Shown here piece after piece: positions 13,068 through 26,854 of a stretch of 64,000 nt of DNA. The translations under genes and the position numbers were made by a program. Source of the stretch: Octopus bimaculoides (Eukaryota); contig NC_068984.1 of assembly GCF_001194135.2 (NCBI RefSeq), forward strand, positions 117,913,865 through 117,977,864, in the 5' to 3' direction. The notes below the pieces were generated by a model. It did no database searches. It saw only the letters and a program-made list of their open reading frames with translations, and was not told the origin of the DNA. Each line of letters opens with the position of its first letter. The stretch's first letter is position 1.

Positions 13068-13395
13068 AGGTATGCGGCTTAGTTAGGATGTTGACTCATG
13101 ATCGTAAGATTGTGGTTTCATATTCCTAGAGCAGGTGATATGCTGTGCTTTTAAACAAAACACTTCATTTCATGTGGCTCCAGTCCACTCAGCAAGCAAA
13201 ACTGAGTAATCCTATGACGGACCAATCTATCTCTCAGTTTGGTGGTGAAGGAAGTTGATCAAGATGGTTTGGCAAATTACAGAATATAGTATTCACAATG
13301 AGTTTCATATTTACAACCCATGAGATATGAAACATCAATGGGAAAATATATGCACCATGGAAACCAGGAAACCAGCCCTATGGGGCTATATGACT
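13068..13395 (+). mobile_element. SINE family D, degenerate, carrying a 116-bp insertion
   Basis: Colinear with copies at 18818-19033 and 38705-39012 (gagtaat...gatggacc...atatatgcaccatggaaaccaggaaacc) apart from the insert. Confidence 0.75.
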
Positions 13396-13614
13396 CAGGA
13401 AGACTCTATATATTATATATGTATTTGTGTGTGTGTGTGTTTGTTGGTTTGTATGTACAATTAGCTTTACAGTCTTCAGAGAACAAGATAATAGTTGTTT
13501 GTGATGTTCATGCCTTCCACAGAAGTGTTAGTGATGCATGGAAAATGGAGTAGATTTGGAGCCAAGTCAAATAACAAGACATAAGCTCAACAGAACCTCT
13601 ATTCTAGGAAACTT

Positions 13615-13660
<46 letters not shown>

Positions 13661-14001
13661 GGAAACTGACTCACAATACAAGTTACTTGGAATACATTAA
13701 TTTGTAGAGCTAATTAATCGCTCTCAGCCCAAGTTTTAGAAAACAACCTTCAAAATCCAAGGAAGATCACACACAACATCTGGCTTTCATATGTCTAATG
13801 AAGCAATGATATGCTCTCATGTTCAAATAGGAAGCTGTGGAGATGATCTTGGCATCCGGAAGAAAGTATAGCAATACGTTTCTCACAATCTATCTCTCAG
13901 TTTGGTGGTGAAGGAAGTTGATCAAGATGGTTTGGCAAATTACAGAATATAGTATTCACAATGAGTTTCATATTTACAACCCATGAGATATGAAACATCA
14001 A
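13223..14001 (+). repeat. Identical 116-bp direct repeat (13223-13338 and 13886-14001)
   Basis: CAATCTATCTCTCAGTTTGG...GATATGAAACATCAA; no differences found on base-by-base reading. Confidence 0.92.
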
Positions 14002-14024
14002 GGAGAATGCAGTATATTCATAGC

Positions 14025-14386
14025 CAGAGTTGCCTTAGCAGAATTTGTAGGCCCACGGGCCTACAATCAATGCACTGGGCCCTATATGGGGGTGGGGGTG
14101 GGGCAGAATAGTTCCTGGCTTTAAAGGTATTGTGAAAGGCCTAGTTGGAAGCCTAACCTTCTGAGTTCTTTTACGGGGCTTAGAAAAACTGAAGGGGTAA
14201 AATGCTGAATAAAATCATAATTAACTGATCATCCTGTATTTTTTTTTTTTTACCCAAAGCCAGGAACCCCTCATAGTATATTTTTATTGACAGTAAGCTA
14301 CAACGTACATAGGTCTAAATTGAGCCCTAGACTCAAGAGGCCTCTGGATAACTGCCCAATATTTCCATACCTTAAGACAGTTCCTG
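14025..14386 (+). mobile_element. hAT-like MITE, degenerate
   Basis: Ends CAGAGTTGCCTTAG and CTTAAGACAGTTCCTG; flanking 8-mers TTCATAGC and CTCATGGC (6/8) fit a decayed 8-bp TSD. Confidence 0.55.
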
Positions 14387-15445
14387 CTCATGGCTACTGT
14401 ACTATGGATAGTCATATACACATATTGACACAAGATCTAGCAAAGTAGCATAACACATTTATTAACTCAACCTGTTCTTTGTAACAACCATATCTTTCTC
14501 AATATATTCCTTAATATCATTAACACTTTTACTGTGGAAATCAGATCCATCCCCTCAAAAGTTTATTACCCTTAACTGCGGAAAGCAGTTTTATATAACC
14601 CGATCTATCTTTTGATGAGGAATGTCATGTTTGAACCTATTTTATATCTCTTATTTTGTATCTTTTACTTGTTTCAGTCATTAGACTGTGGCCATGCTGG
14701 GGCACTGTCTCAAAAAGATTTTAGTCGAACGAATCGACCACAGTACTTTTTTTAAAGTTTGGTACTTATTCAATCGGTTTCTTTTGCCAAACTACTTTTA
14801 AGATAAGTTCATTGACCCAACATGACTTGAAGAAAATACCAATTCTATTTTTTTGATAGATATTTAATATCATTACTAGAATAACCTCAAAATTTAGTGT
14901 CACAGTTTTAGGGTTAACACTTTTCTGACCATGCTTTTTAAAAGAACATACTACCAGTTCATTGCAGAGAATTCTCAAACTAAAGAATTATTTGAAAAGG
15001 CTAGTAAATTAATTGTAACTAATTAATTATAATTAAACTGGTATTTACAATTTATCAATGATGATGATGATGAGGATGATAAAAGAACAAATATTTACAA
15101 TTGGAACATCATATTGTAATTTATGTAGAAACAATATATTGGTTGACATTTCAATTTTATAAAAGGAAAGAACATTTTAATACAAATGGCTCTGGTTAGG
15201 ATGGCAAAACATGAGACCAAAGGGAAATCTTAGGTTGTGTGAAGGTATTTATATGGCTTAAAATAACCTCTGCTGATGTCATATAAAAGCACCCAGTACA
15301 CTCTAAAATCGCCAGTGTTAAGAAGGGCATCCAGCTAAAATAGACATCTGGAGTCTGGTGCAACCCTCCAGCATGCCAGCTCCTGTCAAACAGTCCAACC
15401 CATGCCAGCATGGAAAATGGGTGTTAAATGATGATAATGTATGTA

Positions 15446-15478
<33 letters not shown>

Positions 15479-15621
15479 NNNNNNNNNNNNNNNNNNNNNN
15501 NNNNNNNNNNNNNNNNNNNNNNNNNNNNNNNNNNNNNNNNNNNNNNNNNNNNNNNNNNNNNNNNNNNNNNNNNNNNNNNNNNNNNNNNNNNNNNNNNNNN
15601 NNNNNNNNNNNNNNNNNNNNN

Positions 15622-15652
<31 letters not shown>

Positions 15653-15977
15653 ACCATGTGTGTGTATATATATAAATATAAACATGTGTGTGTATATAAA
15701 CATACATATATGTATATCTATACACACACACACATGCATGTATATTAAGTTACTTTGAAGTCACATTAAGTGAGTTTTACATGTTAAAGTATACAAACAT
15801 ATATGAATTTATGCTCCTGCTACAATGGGCTTGGAATGAAAACTAAGCTGAGAAGTAAGTTAATACAGTTCATTGCTGAAAGTTCTGAGAAAACTGCAGC
15901 TGCAAAAGGCTATCTTTATGCTATATCACTGGTATTTGTTAGCTCATCTGCTGTCTGTGTTACCATTACTGCTGCTG

Positions 15978-16016
<39 letters not shown>

Positions 16017-16099
16017 GTAGCAGCTAAATATGCATGTTAATACAACTTGGTGCTAAACACCGATTGGTTGTTAGAAATAGCTGATGTATAATGTTACTG

Positions 16100-16720
16100 C
16101 CCCAGCTATTGCCATTAGCTTGCACCGCTGTCAGTGAATAGACATGCCTGTGGATACATTCGATGGCTGTAAGTCAAATCTCTGAGTACATATTTCCCTC
16201 ACTGGCATACCACTGCCATAGTCTTCTCTTTACTGTGAGATTAACATCCATACTGCCTGTTGCTATCAATCTCATTCCAATTTTGGGTCAGCAGTACCAC
16301 ACTGGTGAGAAACTGTAGATATAGTTGTTGTTTGTCTAAACCAAAAATATATCAGGACCATAGAAAAAAAAATGTTAAAATCTCTGGTGTACAAGGTTTG
16401 CAATGCACTTTTGATTTGTGGCTGTAGCTTCACCCATTTTATGTATTATTATACCATTAATCCAGCCATTTTCTCTGCCCACTATACCTGGGAGGATTGT
16501 GAAGTTAGAGTTCCCAGGTACTTCCCCCATAGGTCATATCAGAAGAATCCGTTGTTACACTTTCAGGCCAGATTCTCAAATGTCACCAACTGAGACTATC
16601 GATATTATCCAACAATCTCATTCTTAGTCTACTCCTAAGTCTCCAGCCAGATGGCTTCACTTGAAGAATCTGTCTAGCAATTCCATTAATGTACTTGGAA
16701 CAAAAGTAGAGAATCACAAT
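16100..16720 (+). pseudogene. Possible degraded LRR coding relic
   Basis: DMPVDTFDGCKSNL*VHISLTGI (from 16141) and FQARFSNVTN/LRLSILSNNLILSLLLSLQPDGF/HLKNLSSNSINVLG (16561-16699, two frameshifts) resemble tandem extracellular LRR units. Confidence 0.4.
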
Positions 16721-16806
16721 TCATATTTATAATTCTGTAGCAATGCTAAGACTGATTTCTTAGCTATGTATACATCTTAACAAATATCAAATAATTTACT
16801 ATAGAG

Positions 16807-16967
16807 ATGCAGGAGTGGCTGTGTGGTAAGTAGCTTGCTAACAAACCACATGGCTCTGGGTTCAGTCCCACTGCATGGCACCTTGGGCAAGTGTCTTCTA
16901 CGATAGCTTCAGGCTGAACAAAGTCTTGTGAGTGGATTTGGTAGACGGAAACTGAAAGAAGCCCATC

Positions 16968-16970
<3 letters not shown>
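16807..16970 (+). mobile_element. SINE family B, 5' half
   Basis: Head and body nearly identical to 1361-1525; ends in (TA)n and an N gap. Confidence 0.85.
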
Positions 16971-16998
<28 letters not shown>

Positions 16999-17224
16999 TA
17001 TANNNNNNNNNNNNNNNNNNNNNNNNNNNNNNNNNNNNNNNNNNNNNNNNNNNNNNNNNNNNNNNNNNNNNNNNNNNNNNNNNNNNNNNNNNNNNNNNNN
17101 NNNNNNNNNNNNNNNNNNNNNNNNNNNNNNNNNNNNNNNNNNNNNNNNNNNNNNNNNNNNNNNNNNNNNNNNNNNNNNNNNNNNNNNNNNNNNNNNNNNN
17201 NNNNNNNNNNNNNNNNNNNNNNNN

Positions 17225-17257
<33 letters not shown>

Positions 17258-17264
<7 letters not shown>

Positions 17265-17423
17265 GCTTCTTTTAGTTTCCATCTACCAAATCCACTTACA
17301 AGTGTTTGGTTGGCCTGAAGATATATTAGAAGACACTTGCCCATGGTTCCACAGAGTGGGACTGTACCCAGAACCATGCAATTGGGTAGCAAACTGCTTA
17401 TGACATAGCCTTGACTACACCTA
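17258..17423 (-). mobile_element. SINE family B, 5' half, inverted relative to 16807-16970
   Basis: Reverse complement of the head and body (atgggcttct...gaagacacttgccc...gtgggactg). Confidence 0.8.
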
Positions 17424-17431
17424 TTCATACA

Positions 17432-17465
<34 letters not shown>

Positions 17466-17691
17466 AATGAATGTGTATGTATATGTGTTTTTACTGACAT
17501 AATTTCGTTGTCTTAAGTGAAAATAAAAATGCAGTTAAGTGTTGTAATTGCCTGTACAAATACATCTTATATATTTGGGTTTTTCTTTTCTTCTTGGTAA
17601 TTCTTAAGGTAATATTTTTCTGTGGTTCTTTCATTGTTTTCTGGTCTATCGATTTAGTGGACAATTAAATTACCAGTGTTTATGTATGTAT

Positions 17692-17766
17692 GTATGTATG
17701 TATGTATGTATGTATGTATGTATGTATGTATGTATGTATGTATGTGTATGTATGTATGTATGTATG

Positions 17767-17797
<31 letters not shown>

Positions 17798-17867
17798 AGC
17801 TATCTAACTAAACTTCTATGTATCTATTTATCTATCTGTGTCTGTCTGTCTATCTATCTAACCATCC

Positions 17868-17924
<57 letters not shown>

Positions 17925-17925
17925 A
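17692..17925. repeat. Compound (TATG)n / (TATC)n microsatellite
   Basis: Directly visible tetranucleotide arrays. Confidence 0.95.
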
Positions 17926-18519
17926 CTATTGACCAGCCTGTCCATTCCTCCATCCATGCATTCATTGGTCCATCTGTCTGCCTGCCTGCCTGTCTGTGTC
18001 TCTCTCTATCTATTTATCTTAAACATTTTGTTATTACCTGCTCTTAGCATTACTGAGACCACCACCACCACCAACATCAACAACAACAACAACAACATCA
18101 CCACTACCACCACCAACACCAACACCAACCAACACAGCCATCATCCTCAGTGTCCTACGAGAAAAGTTTCAAGACAAAAACACAAAAAAAAAAAAAAGAA
18201 TCTAGCCAACGCAATTTGTTCATTGCCTCACCTACCCCCTTTCCACCCATTTCATTTCAAATTATGCAACAGGCAGTCTTTTTCTTCTTTTTTTTTTCCA
18301 GGTCTGTAGAGTCTATTGTTGTAAAAACCTTGTGTACTAAGTAGACGTAATGTAACTTATTAATACATAAATTAAACAAGCAGACATCATCAGTGAATGG
18401 ATCAATATACTCGATCATAAAATTTATAATAGAAATTTGTTAAGAACATCTATAGTCTGTATAATAATGGTTCAGCTGCTGGAAATTCTTGAACAACAAT
18501 GAACAACGAAGCACTGGTT

Positions 18520-18551
<32 letters not shown>

Positions 18552-18728
18552 GGCAGAGGCGGTGGTTGCATTGGTGGTGGTGGTGGTGGTGGATGTGATT
18601 GTGGTGGAGAGGAGCAAAGGGTTTATTTCATATTATTTCTTTTTCCCCTTTTTTTCCCCATTTTTCCCCTTTTTTTCCCCATTTTTCCCCTTTTTTTTTT
18701 CTTCCACCTGCTCATCTCTGCTTTTCAT

Positions 18729-18764
<36 letters not shown>

Positions 18765-18817
18765 CTTGTCTTATTTCATTCTTCTTCATTAATTCATCTG
18801 GTACCACCACCTTTTTT

Positions 18818-19033
18818 GTGGAGGCAGGTGGCTTAGTGGTTAAGGGTGTCGGAATCATGACTGTAAGATTGTGGTTTCGATTCCTGGACCAGGCAACGTG
18901 TTGTGTTCTTGAGCAAAACACTTCATTTCACGTCTACTCAGGTAACAAAAATGAGTAATCTTGTGATGGACCAGTGTCTTGTCCAGGTGGGGAGTATATG
19001 CACCATGGAAACCAGGAAACCAGCCGTTATGAG
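18818..19033 (+). mobile_element. SINE family D (tRNA-like head, V-domain-like GATGGACCAGTGTCTTGTCCAGG)
   Basis: A-box GGCTTAGTGG, B-box GGTTTCGATTCC; shared with 13068 and 38705. Confidence 0.75.
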
Positions 19034-19234
19034 TTGGTATGACTGGAGAAAGTAACTTTACCTTACCTTACCTACCACCACCTTTTTCACTTATGAAAAT
19101 AACCTCCCTGCCACAGAAAGCTCCACACACACACACACACACACACACACTCATGCACAGAAGCACACACATGCACACATATATGTATACAAACACACAT
19201 GCTAGAATAACAAGCCGTTAAAAATTTTTTTTTT

Positions 19235-19445
19235 TTAATTGTTGTTATTTAATATCACCTCATCCCTGACAGGTCCTGTCTGGATTAAGCAGAGCTATAA
19301 TGAAAAGCATCCTAAACATGGCCATTCCTTCTATTCCCTCAATAGATAGCCCACTTAGAATCACATTATGTAATTTGAATGAGAAAAAAAAATGAGAGAT
19401 ATAGCTGCTATTTCTAGCATGTTAAGTGACTACATAGAAGTTACC
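19235..19445 (-). mobile_element. Interspersed repeat family F (SINE-like)
   Basis: Shares TAGAAATAGCAGC and the ...AAACAAC(AAC)n end with copies near 30215-30425 (-), 49480-49785 (+) and 58625-58800 (+). Confidence 0.55.
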
Positions 19446-21799
19446 ATATTTGTTTTATATTTACTCTGTTGCTTTGTTTCTCAGGCTTCTTATTAAGGCT
19501 TTTTTTTTTCCATCTTATCTTATATTTTCATTCAATAACACATTTCCTTCTTTTAATTCTTATTCAGAGAGAAGAGGAAGGACAGTGTACATAACTTTAC
19601 TTTAAATATTTCTTGCAGGTATAGCGAAAAACAAAATATAAATAAATAAACAAGTCCTGGGGTTGATTTGTTTGACTAAAATTCTTCAAGGCAGTTCCCC
19701 AGCATGGCCACAGTCTAATGACTGAAACATTTGATAGATAACAGATAAAGGATAGGCATGGCTGTGTGGTGAAGAGATGTGCTTTGCAATCATATAGTCT
19801 CAGGTTCAGTCCCACTGTATGGTATCTTTGGTAAGCAACCTCTACTAGAGTCATAGTCCAACTGATGCTTTGTGAGTGAAACTGGCAGACCGGAACACTG
19901 CACAAAAGCCCATCATATGTGTGTGTGTGTGTGCGTGTGTCTGTCTCCAAATCTCTCCATACATTTATGCCATTCACAAAAAAAAAGAGAAAAAATGTCA
20001 TTGTCCTGTAACTTAGCAACAAATATAGATTGTAAAATGAAAGATAATCCAAGGTGAAAGGCAGCAGTCTGCATCGGCAAAGCTTGTATCATTTGAAAAA
20101 TGCAACAGAAAGTATACAGTGAAATTGGTTTGAGAAGCAGAGTATGTCTAAGAGAAGCTTAACCAGTTCCTTAAACACAGAAGATGTACAGAACTCTATT
20201 GCCTTTTTTCCATTTACTGCCTGCCATCTTTAAACCCTGAAGATGGGATTCTGCCCAAAACATTAAGTGCTCCTCCCACTTTGGAAATTGCAATATACTC
20301 TTTCTGTTACCATTATCAACAATTAAAGATTGCTAAAATAATTACCAATCTTTAGAATTAAGTACTAGGTTTGATACAATCAACTAAAATAGCTTTCAAG
20401 ATAATGCTCCAGTTTGGCTGCACTGTAATAAATAATAAAGGATAAAGCACCTGTCTGAGTTATATAGATTCATAGGGTCACTTTCCTGGATTCCCGTGTG
20501 TATATACTTTCCCTGGATAGGATGCAAACCCATTACAGCATGAAAGGCAAAGTGAACCTCAGTGGAATTTGAACTCAGAACATAAAGACAGACAAAATGC
20601 CATGAAGCATTTTGCCTGATAAGCTAATGATTCTGCCAGCTCACCACATTGAAATCCCTGGTGATAGTGATATTTATTCTAGTACCTTAGCTTATGTGTT
20701 CAAATCCTGCCAAGATCAACTCCAAATTTCATCCTTCTTGCATTCATAAAATAAAATACAGTTTAGAGCAATGAACAGGCAGAAACGCTTACAGGTGCTG
20801 TGCAGTGGGGCTGAACCCCAAACTAAATGGTTGCAATGCAAGCTTCTTAACCACACAGCCACAAAGACCTTTTTCCTTTCTTAGTTTATATGGTTTTTTT
20901 CTTGTTTTTTTTTTTTTGTTTGTGAGCTGTTCATCTATTTTCTGACCTCTTTGACACCCACATATTTGCTGACTTTCTCATTCATTCCACACCAATATTT
21001 TACTTTCCCACAACACCATCCACCCACCCTCTTGTTCCCCCCACTTCCACACACATACACCAGCAACAATGATGAGCCTTATTATATTTTTTTGTTTCTT
21101 GTTTAGCTTGATTTTGTTTGTTGTTTTTTGTTTTTTGTTGTAGCCTTTTTTTTTCTTTACTTGTCTTGGAAACAAAGTAGCAGTGTTCACTATTTCATTC
21201 TATGGTTCATGGTTCTAACACACACACACACACAGAGAGGCATACACACACGCCCACAAGCACACTAATCAAACTAACCATTTATGAAAAGTCAGTACCA
21301 AGTACACATCCAATAAGTTGCATGTCTCTCTCTCTCTCCCCGCCCCATGTGTGTGTATTTACATATGCACATATACTCAAATATACAAAGATATATATAT
21401 ATGTATATATATATGCATATATATATACATGCACACACACATATATATACACATATACATAGGTATATATATATATTAAACATTATAAGTACCAGTTCGA
21501 GACGGAACAAGACTAACAAGTATGCTGACAAAAACCCAAGCATGTTTCTATCACCTTTGCCAGGTAATCTTGTTACGTATTGCTCCACAGAGTCTCTCTC
21601 GTTCCCACCTAAAATATTAAATACAGAAATGTTACTTCTACACAAATGTTGCAGCTATTTAACTATTTCTACCTCCACAAATATCCCACTTGTTCCTCAT
21701 GTAATTTCTCAGTGACATAAGCTGTAAGTATTTATATACGTGTGTGTGTGTATGCTTATATGTAAACATATACAAGACTGTGTGTGGGTTAATGTCTAG

Positions 21800-22095
21800 G
21801 GTATTCGACTCATAATCATAGGTTCATGAGCTCCATTCCTGGTGGCACATTGTGTCCTTGAGCAAGGCACTTTATTTCTTGTTGCTCCAGTCCACTCATC
21901 TGATAAAAATGAGTAGTAGTACTTGTAGCTCAAAGGGCCAGCTTTGTCGCATCCCATGTCATGCTGAATTAACCTGAGAACTACTTTCAGGGTATATGTA
22001 TTTGTGGAGTGGTCAGCCACCTTATGCATTAATTTCATGAGCAGGGGCTGTTTCATTGATCGAATCAACTGAAACCCTTGTCATCATAACTGATG
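21800..22095 (+). mobile_element. SINE family E, CpG-decayed copy
   Basis: GTGTCCTTGAGCAAGGCACT...CAGTCCACTCA...CCTGAGAACTA; colinear with 61875-62140. Confidence 0.75.
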
Positions 22096-22930
22096 GAGAG
22101 CCTGGCCAAACATGTATAGATGCACACTTGGTTGTGTGGCAAAACATTTGCTTCGTGTCTTCTGCTGCTGCTCCAGGCTGACCAAAGCCTTGTGGAAGGA
22201 TTTGGTAAATGGAAACTGAAAGAAACCCATTATATATCATCATTATCATCATGTAATGAATGGTTGACAGGAGCTGGTAAGCCTGAGAGTTTCTCAGGTT
22301 CCAGTTGTCTGTTTTTGCATGGTTTCTACAGCTGGATGCCCTTCTAACATCAACCACTTTACAGAGTGTACTGGGTGCTTTTCATGTGGCACCAGCACCA
22401 GTGCTTTATACATGGCACCAGAATGTGTGTGTGTGTCTCCTTGTCATGATATCACATATCAGCTGTAAATGGGTGTCATACAAGCAGTGTCATTAATTCT
22501 AAATATTCCACAGCACATCTCACCATGGAACAAATATTACCTTACTTGGAAACAGGTGAGGGTTAGCAACAGAAAGAGCATCCAGCCATAGTAAATCCAC
22601 CTCAAACTAAGCTCAACCCATGCAAGTAAGGAAAAGTGTATATTAAAATGATGATGATAATGATATAAAGACATACACACACAAACACACACACACACAT
22701 GCACAAAGGTATATAATGTTTTTAGAAATATTTCTTGATATCATCACAAGGTTTAAAAACAGATTATCTGAACTCCAAAATTTTTAATTAAATAAAAAGT
22801 GTCTTTCAAAATAAAAGGCAGTAGGGGAATTAACACAGACTTGATGGAAAGAAGTTTTTGTGTATGTGCATACATAGCTATCTAGTTACCCACCTAGCTA
22901 CCTACATACATAAAAACATAGATACACATA

Positions 22931-22994
<64 letters not shown>

Positions 22995-23654
22995 AATAGA
23001 CAGACATATATGTATTCTTATAAACACAAATATACATGCATACACAAATACATAAATACCTTTTCACATACATATCTACACATGCACACACACACACACA
23101 CACACATACACACACATGAGCTTACTGAATTGCATATCCTCATACAATTACATAATATGCATATTTATCTTCATATAAGAATAAGAACACATATAAGCTA
23201 ATATAGGGGAGTATGTATTTTGGGATAGAGAAAATGATAGGGAAAAAAGAGAGAAAGAGAGAGTGAGCAGGTTTGAGTTATATGTAGGGGGTGGAGAGTG
23301 AGAAAGAGACTATGTGTGTTATTATCTCATAGAGTAGAGAGCACATTAACCATTGAAGTACAAAAGGGAAATAACAACTGCAGTTAAGTAATCCGAAGAG
23401 ATGAGACCTTGAAGATATGAAGGAATTCAATAGCAAAATTGGTAATATATTTAATCAGAAACTATTGGCACTATCCATTGATTATATCAAAATACTATTT
23501 CAAAGTAAGATATATATTTTCTGCAATTTTCTCTCTTTTATTTCATTTATTTGTTTTTGTTTTTTTTTCTTTTTGTGTAGTTTCATTTTTTTCAGAAAAT
23601 GCATCTCCATTTAAATAATATTTATTAAACAGTAATAATAATAATAATAATAAT

Positions 23655-23870
23655 AATGGTTTCAAATTTTTGGCACAAGGCCAGCAATCTCAAGGGAAGG
23701 GCTAAATCAATTATATTGACTCCAGTATTCGACTGGTACTTATTTTATTGACCTCAAAAGGATGAAAGGCAAAGTCAACCTCGACAGAATTTGAACTCAG
23801 AACAAAAAGCTGGAAGAAATCCTGCCAAGCATTTTCCCCAGAATAGTAACAATTCTGTCAGCTTGCTACC
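23655..23870 (-). mobile_element. SINE family A with an (ATT)n tail
   Basis: GATGAAAGGCAAAGTCAACCTCG...GAACTCAGAAC core, preceded on the plus strand by (AAT)n. Confidence 0.8.
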
Positions 23871-24811
23871 TATATAATGGTTTCGAATTTTGGCACAAAG
23901 CCAGCAATTTCAGAGGAGGATGTAAACTTTAAGATGGCACTGACCATTGGTATAACTGGATGAGAGGTTTGTGCTCATCTAACTTGGAAGACAGCCAGAC
24001 AAGGAAAAGCATAGTGCTGAGAACAAACCTTTACTCACTATGAGTACTTATGAAGAAAGGGAGGTTAAGAGAACCAGCGCTGACAGTAAATTGGGTCAGG
24101 AGAGAATTTAGATGCCACAGGCCCCATCCATTTTCAAAAGAACATAGAGCACAATTGTGAGTTGTGCCTGAGCCCCCACCCCACCCCTCAGTGTGAGGAT
24201 GAGAATATTAATTCATTCATATCTTATTCATAAGGCAATTTGTTCAGTGGTTCTCAAATTAACAAAGTAGCAGGCCCCCACCCAAATGGCAGTGAAATTA
24301 TTTTGACTCATTCCCCTTCTTTATTTTGTTACTCTCTATTATGCAATTATGATAATTATATAATAAAGAACAGTAATAATAATTTGTCCCCACCTACATT
24401 TGAATCCTTCTAAAAGCCAAACCCCCAACTCCCACCTCATGAGGAACACCAAGTTAGTTGATAAAATCCAGTGAAGCATTGTGCAAAACCTAACTTGCAG
24501 TTTTTGGTTACATATCTGTATGCTTTGAGTTCAAACCATGCATAGGTCCACTTTGTCTTTCATCCTTCTGAAGACAAAGCAAAATAGAACAAAAATGCCG
24601 TTGTTGAAGTTGGCATTAGGGTTGATGTAAGCAAGTTTAACCCAGAGGTGCTCTAGCATGGCTGCCATCCAATGAGTGAGGCAAGAAAAATATTTTTTTA
24701 AAAATAAAATGCTATATCACTTGCTGCATTGTCTATAAAGTCTGTGTACACTTACAAAGCTACAAGTATATTAAATTGTACACGGTCTTTATATACACCC
24801 CAGTATAATCC

Positions 24812-25031
24812 TTAAGCACTTAAACCAGCTATATCCTGCCAAAATATTCTACCTGTTTTATGTTCAAATTGGCCATATCTGGACTCTCACACCAACCTTA
24901 CAATATCATTCTAAAATTAACAGGTACCTATCCAAAATCTCAAAGCTACAAGAGAACGCCTGACTAATACAAAACAATGTGAATGAATAAGCATCACATT
25001 TGACAGAATAATGTGAATGCTAAAGGGATAA
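24812..25031. mobile_element. piggyBac-like MITE, degenerate
   Basis: Right end GAATGCTAAAGGG-ATAA; interior colinear with the host element at 36544-37042. Confidence 0.55.
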
Positions 25032-25699
25032 AGTTGATGATGAGCCAACAGAAATAACAGTATTGCACTAAATGACTAATGCTAATTTGAACCAATGGGA
25101 GAGTCTGAATATCATCATTACTTGATCTGAAAGAAGTACCAGCCAAATGCTATCAAGTCATATCCTACTATCTTAAAAGAAAAGGAGAAATGGATAATGG
25201 TATATGTTCCTGAGTTACTTACAAATATTAGGAAACTGGTATGGTCAGGGCTGTAATACTTTTGATTATAGATCCACTTGACTACGGTTGACCTGGGGTT
25301 AAATAAGTGCAAGAATCAACCCCACCCCCACCACCACCACCAACAACAACCTCAACGATGAGTGTTATCTAGTCTTCTACACTAGGTATGCATCTCATTC
25401 CAATGTTTGCCAGTTCATAATTTTCATCTACTTATGCTCAGTAAGAAAATGATGTTTGGGTTTCAATCCCACTGTGTGGAACCTTTGGGCAAGTGAGTTT
25501 TTTTTTTAATATTTTTGTTCCAATCTAATCAAACCCTTGAGAATGAATGTAATAAGCAGAAACTGAACGCACCCTGCCATATATATGAGGGGCAGCTTTG
25601 GGTAAAAGGAAATACAGGAGGATCAGTTAATTGTGATTTTATTCAACATGTTCCCCACTCAGATTCACACACTTATGGCAGGAATTCTGTAAAAGAATT

Positions 25700-26150
25700 C
25701 AGAAGTTTAGGCCTCCTACCAGGCCTTTTGTGATACCCTTAATGCCAGGAACTGTACAGGACCCTTGTATGCATGCATGTATGTATGTATGTATGTATGT
25801 ACATATGTATGCGTGTGTTTATGTATGTATGTATGTATGTATGTATGTGTGTGTGTGTGTATGTGTCTCATTGTCTTGACATTGCACGATAGTTGCAAAT
25901 GGGTAACATCGCCATACACTATAGACTATACCATACAAGCAGTGCTCTTCATTAATCTTCCATGAAATCATGTCAGGACATGGCAAGATATTACCTTACT
26001 TGTAAAAAAAGGTGAGGGGTTGGTGATAGGAAGTGCATCCCACCGTAATAAATTTGCTTCAAGAAATTCCCGTCTGACCCTTATAAACATGGAAAAGAGC
26101 AGGATAAATCAATGATGTTGCTGATGTTGATGATGACGGTGATGATGATA
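25700..26150 (+). mobile_element. Family B-related SINE with an alternative 3' half ending in a (GAT)n tail
   Basis: After the internal microsatellite it carries ...GGTGAGGG(G)TTGG...GGAAG(T/G)GCATCC...GACCC...CATGGAAAAG...(GAT)n, shared with 22440-22660 and 42030-42262. Confidence 0.6.
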
Positions 26151-26794
26151 TATTCAATGAACTTCAAACTTTCTCTATGAATTCAAACTATAGATATGAC
26201 CCTAATTTAATAAAAAAAACCTCAGAAAAAACCTGCTATATATGCAGTATAATAACAATATGTTGCTTCTTTCTCGAATGAAAATGTACAACATAAAATA
26301 ACAGAGAATAGAAAAGCTAAATGATTGGTAAACATTTTCTCTGCTTCAAATCTCTCACTGATTAAAAAAAAATTGTATATTGTGTATTACCTAATCAAAA
26401 ACTAAAAAATATACACTAAAGCTTCTTTTCAATACAAACCACATGTGTATGTAGATACATACATACATACATACATATACACATATGCATATATATGTAC
26501 TAGATATATATATAAATACATATACACACAAATATATAAATACATATGCATACAAATACATATACATGCATATATATGTATACATATATATAAATACATG
26601 TACATACAAATACATATACATACACATATATAGATACATATGCATACAATATATAGATACATATGCATACAAATATATATACACATACACGCACATACAC
26701 ACATATATATATGCATACGTTCAAGTCATTTAAAATGAAATGCCAGCTGTACAAAATAGACAGATAAATAAATAAATAAATAATAATGATGATG

Positions 26795-26796
<2 letters not shown>

Positions 26797-26851
<55 letters not shown>
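26797..26851. repeat. (AAT)n microsatellite
   Basis: Directly visible. Confidence 0.95.
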
Positions 26852-26854
<3 letters not shown>

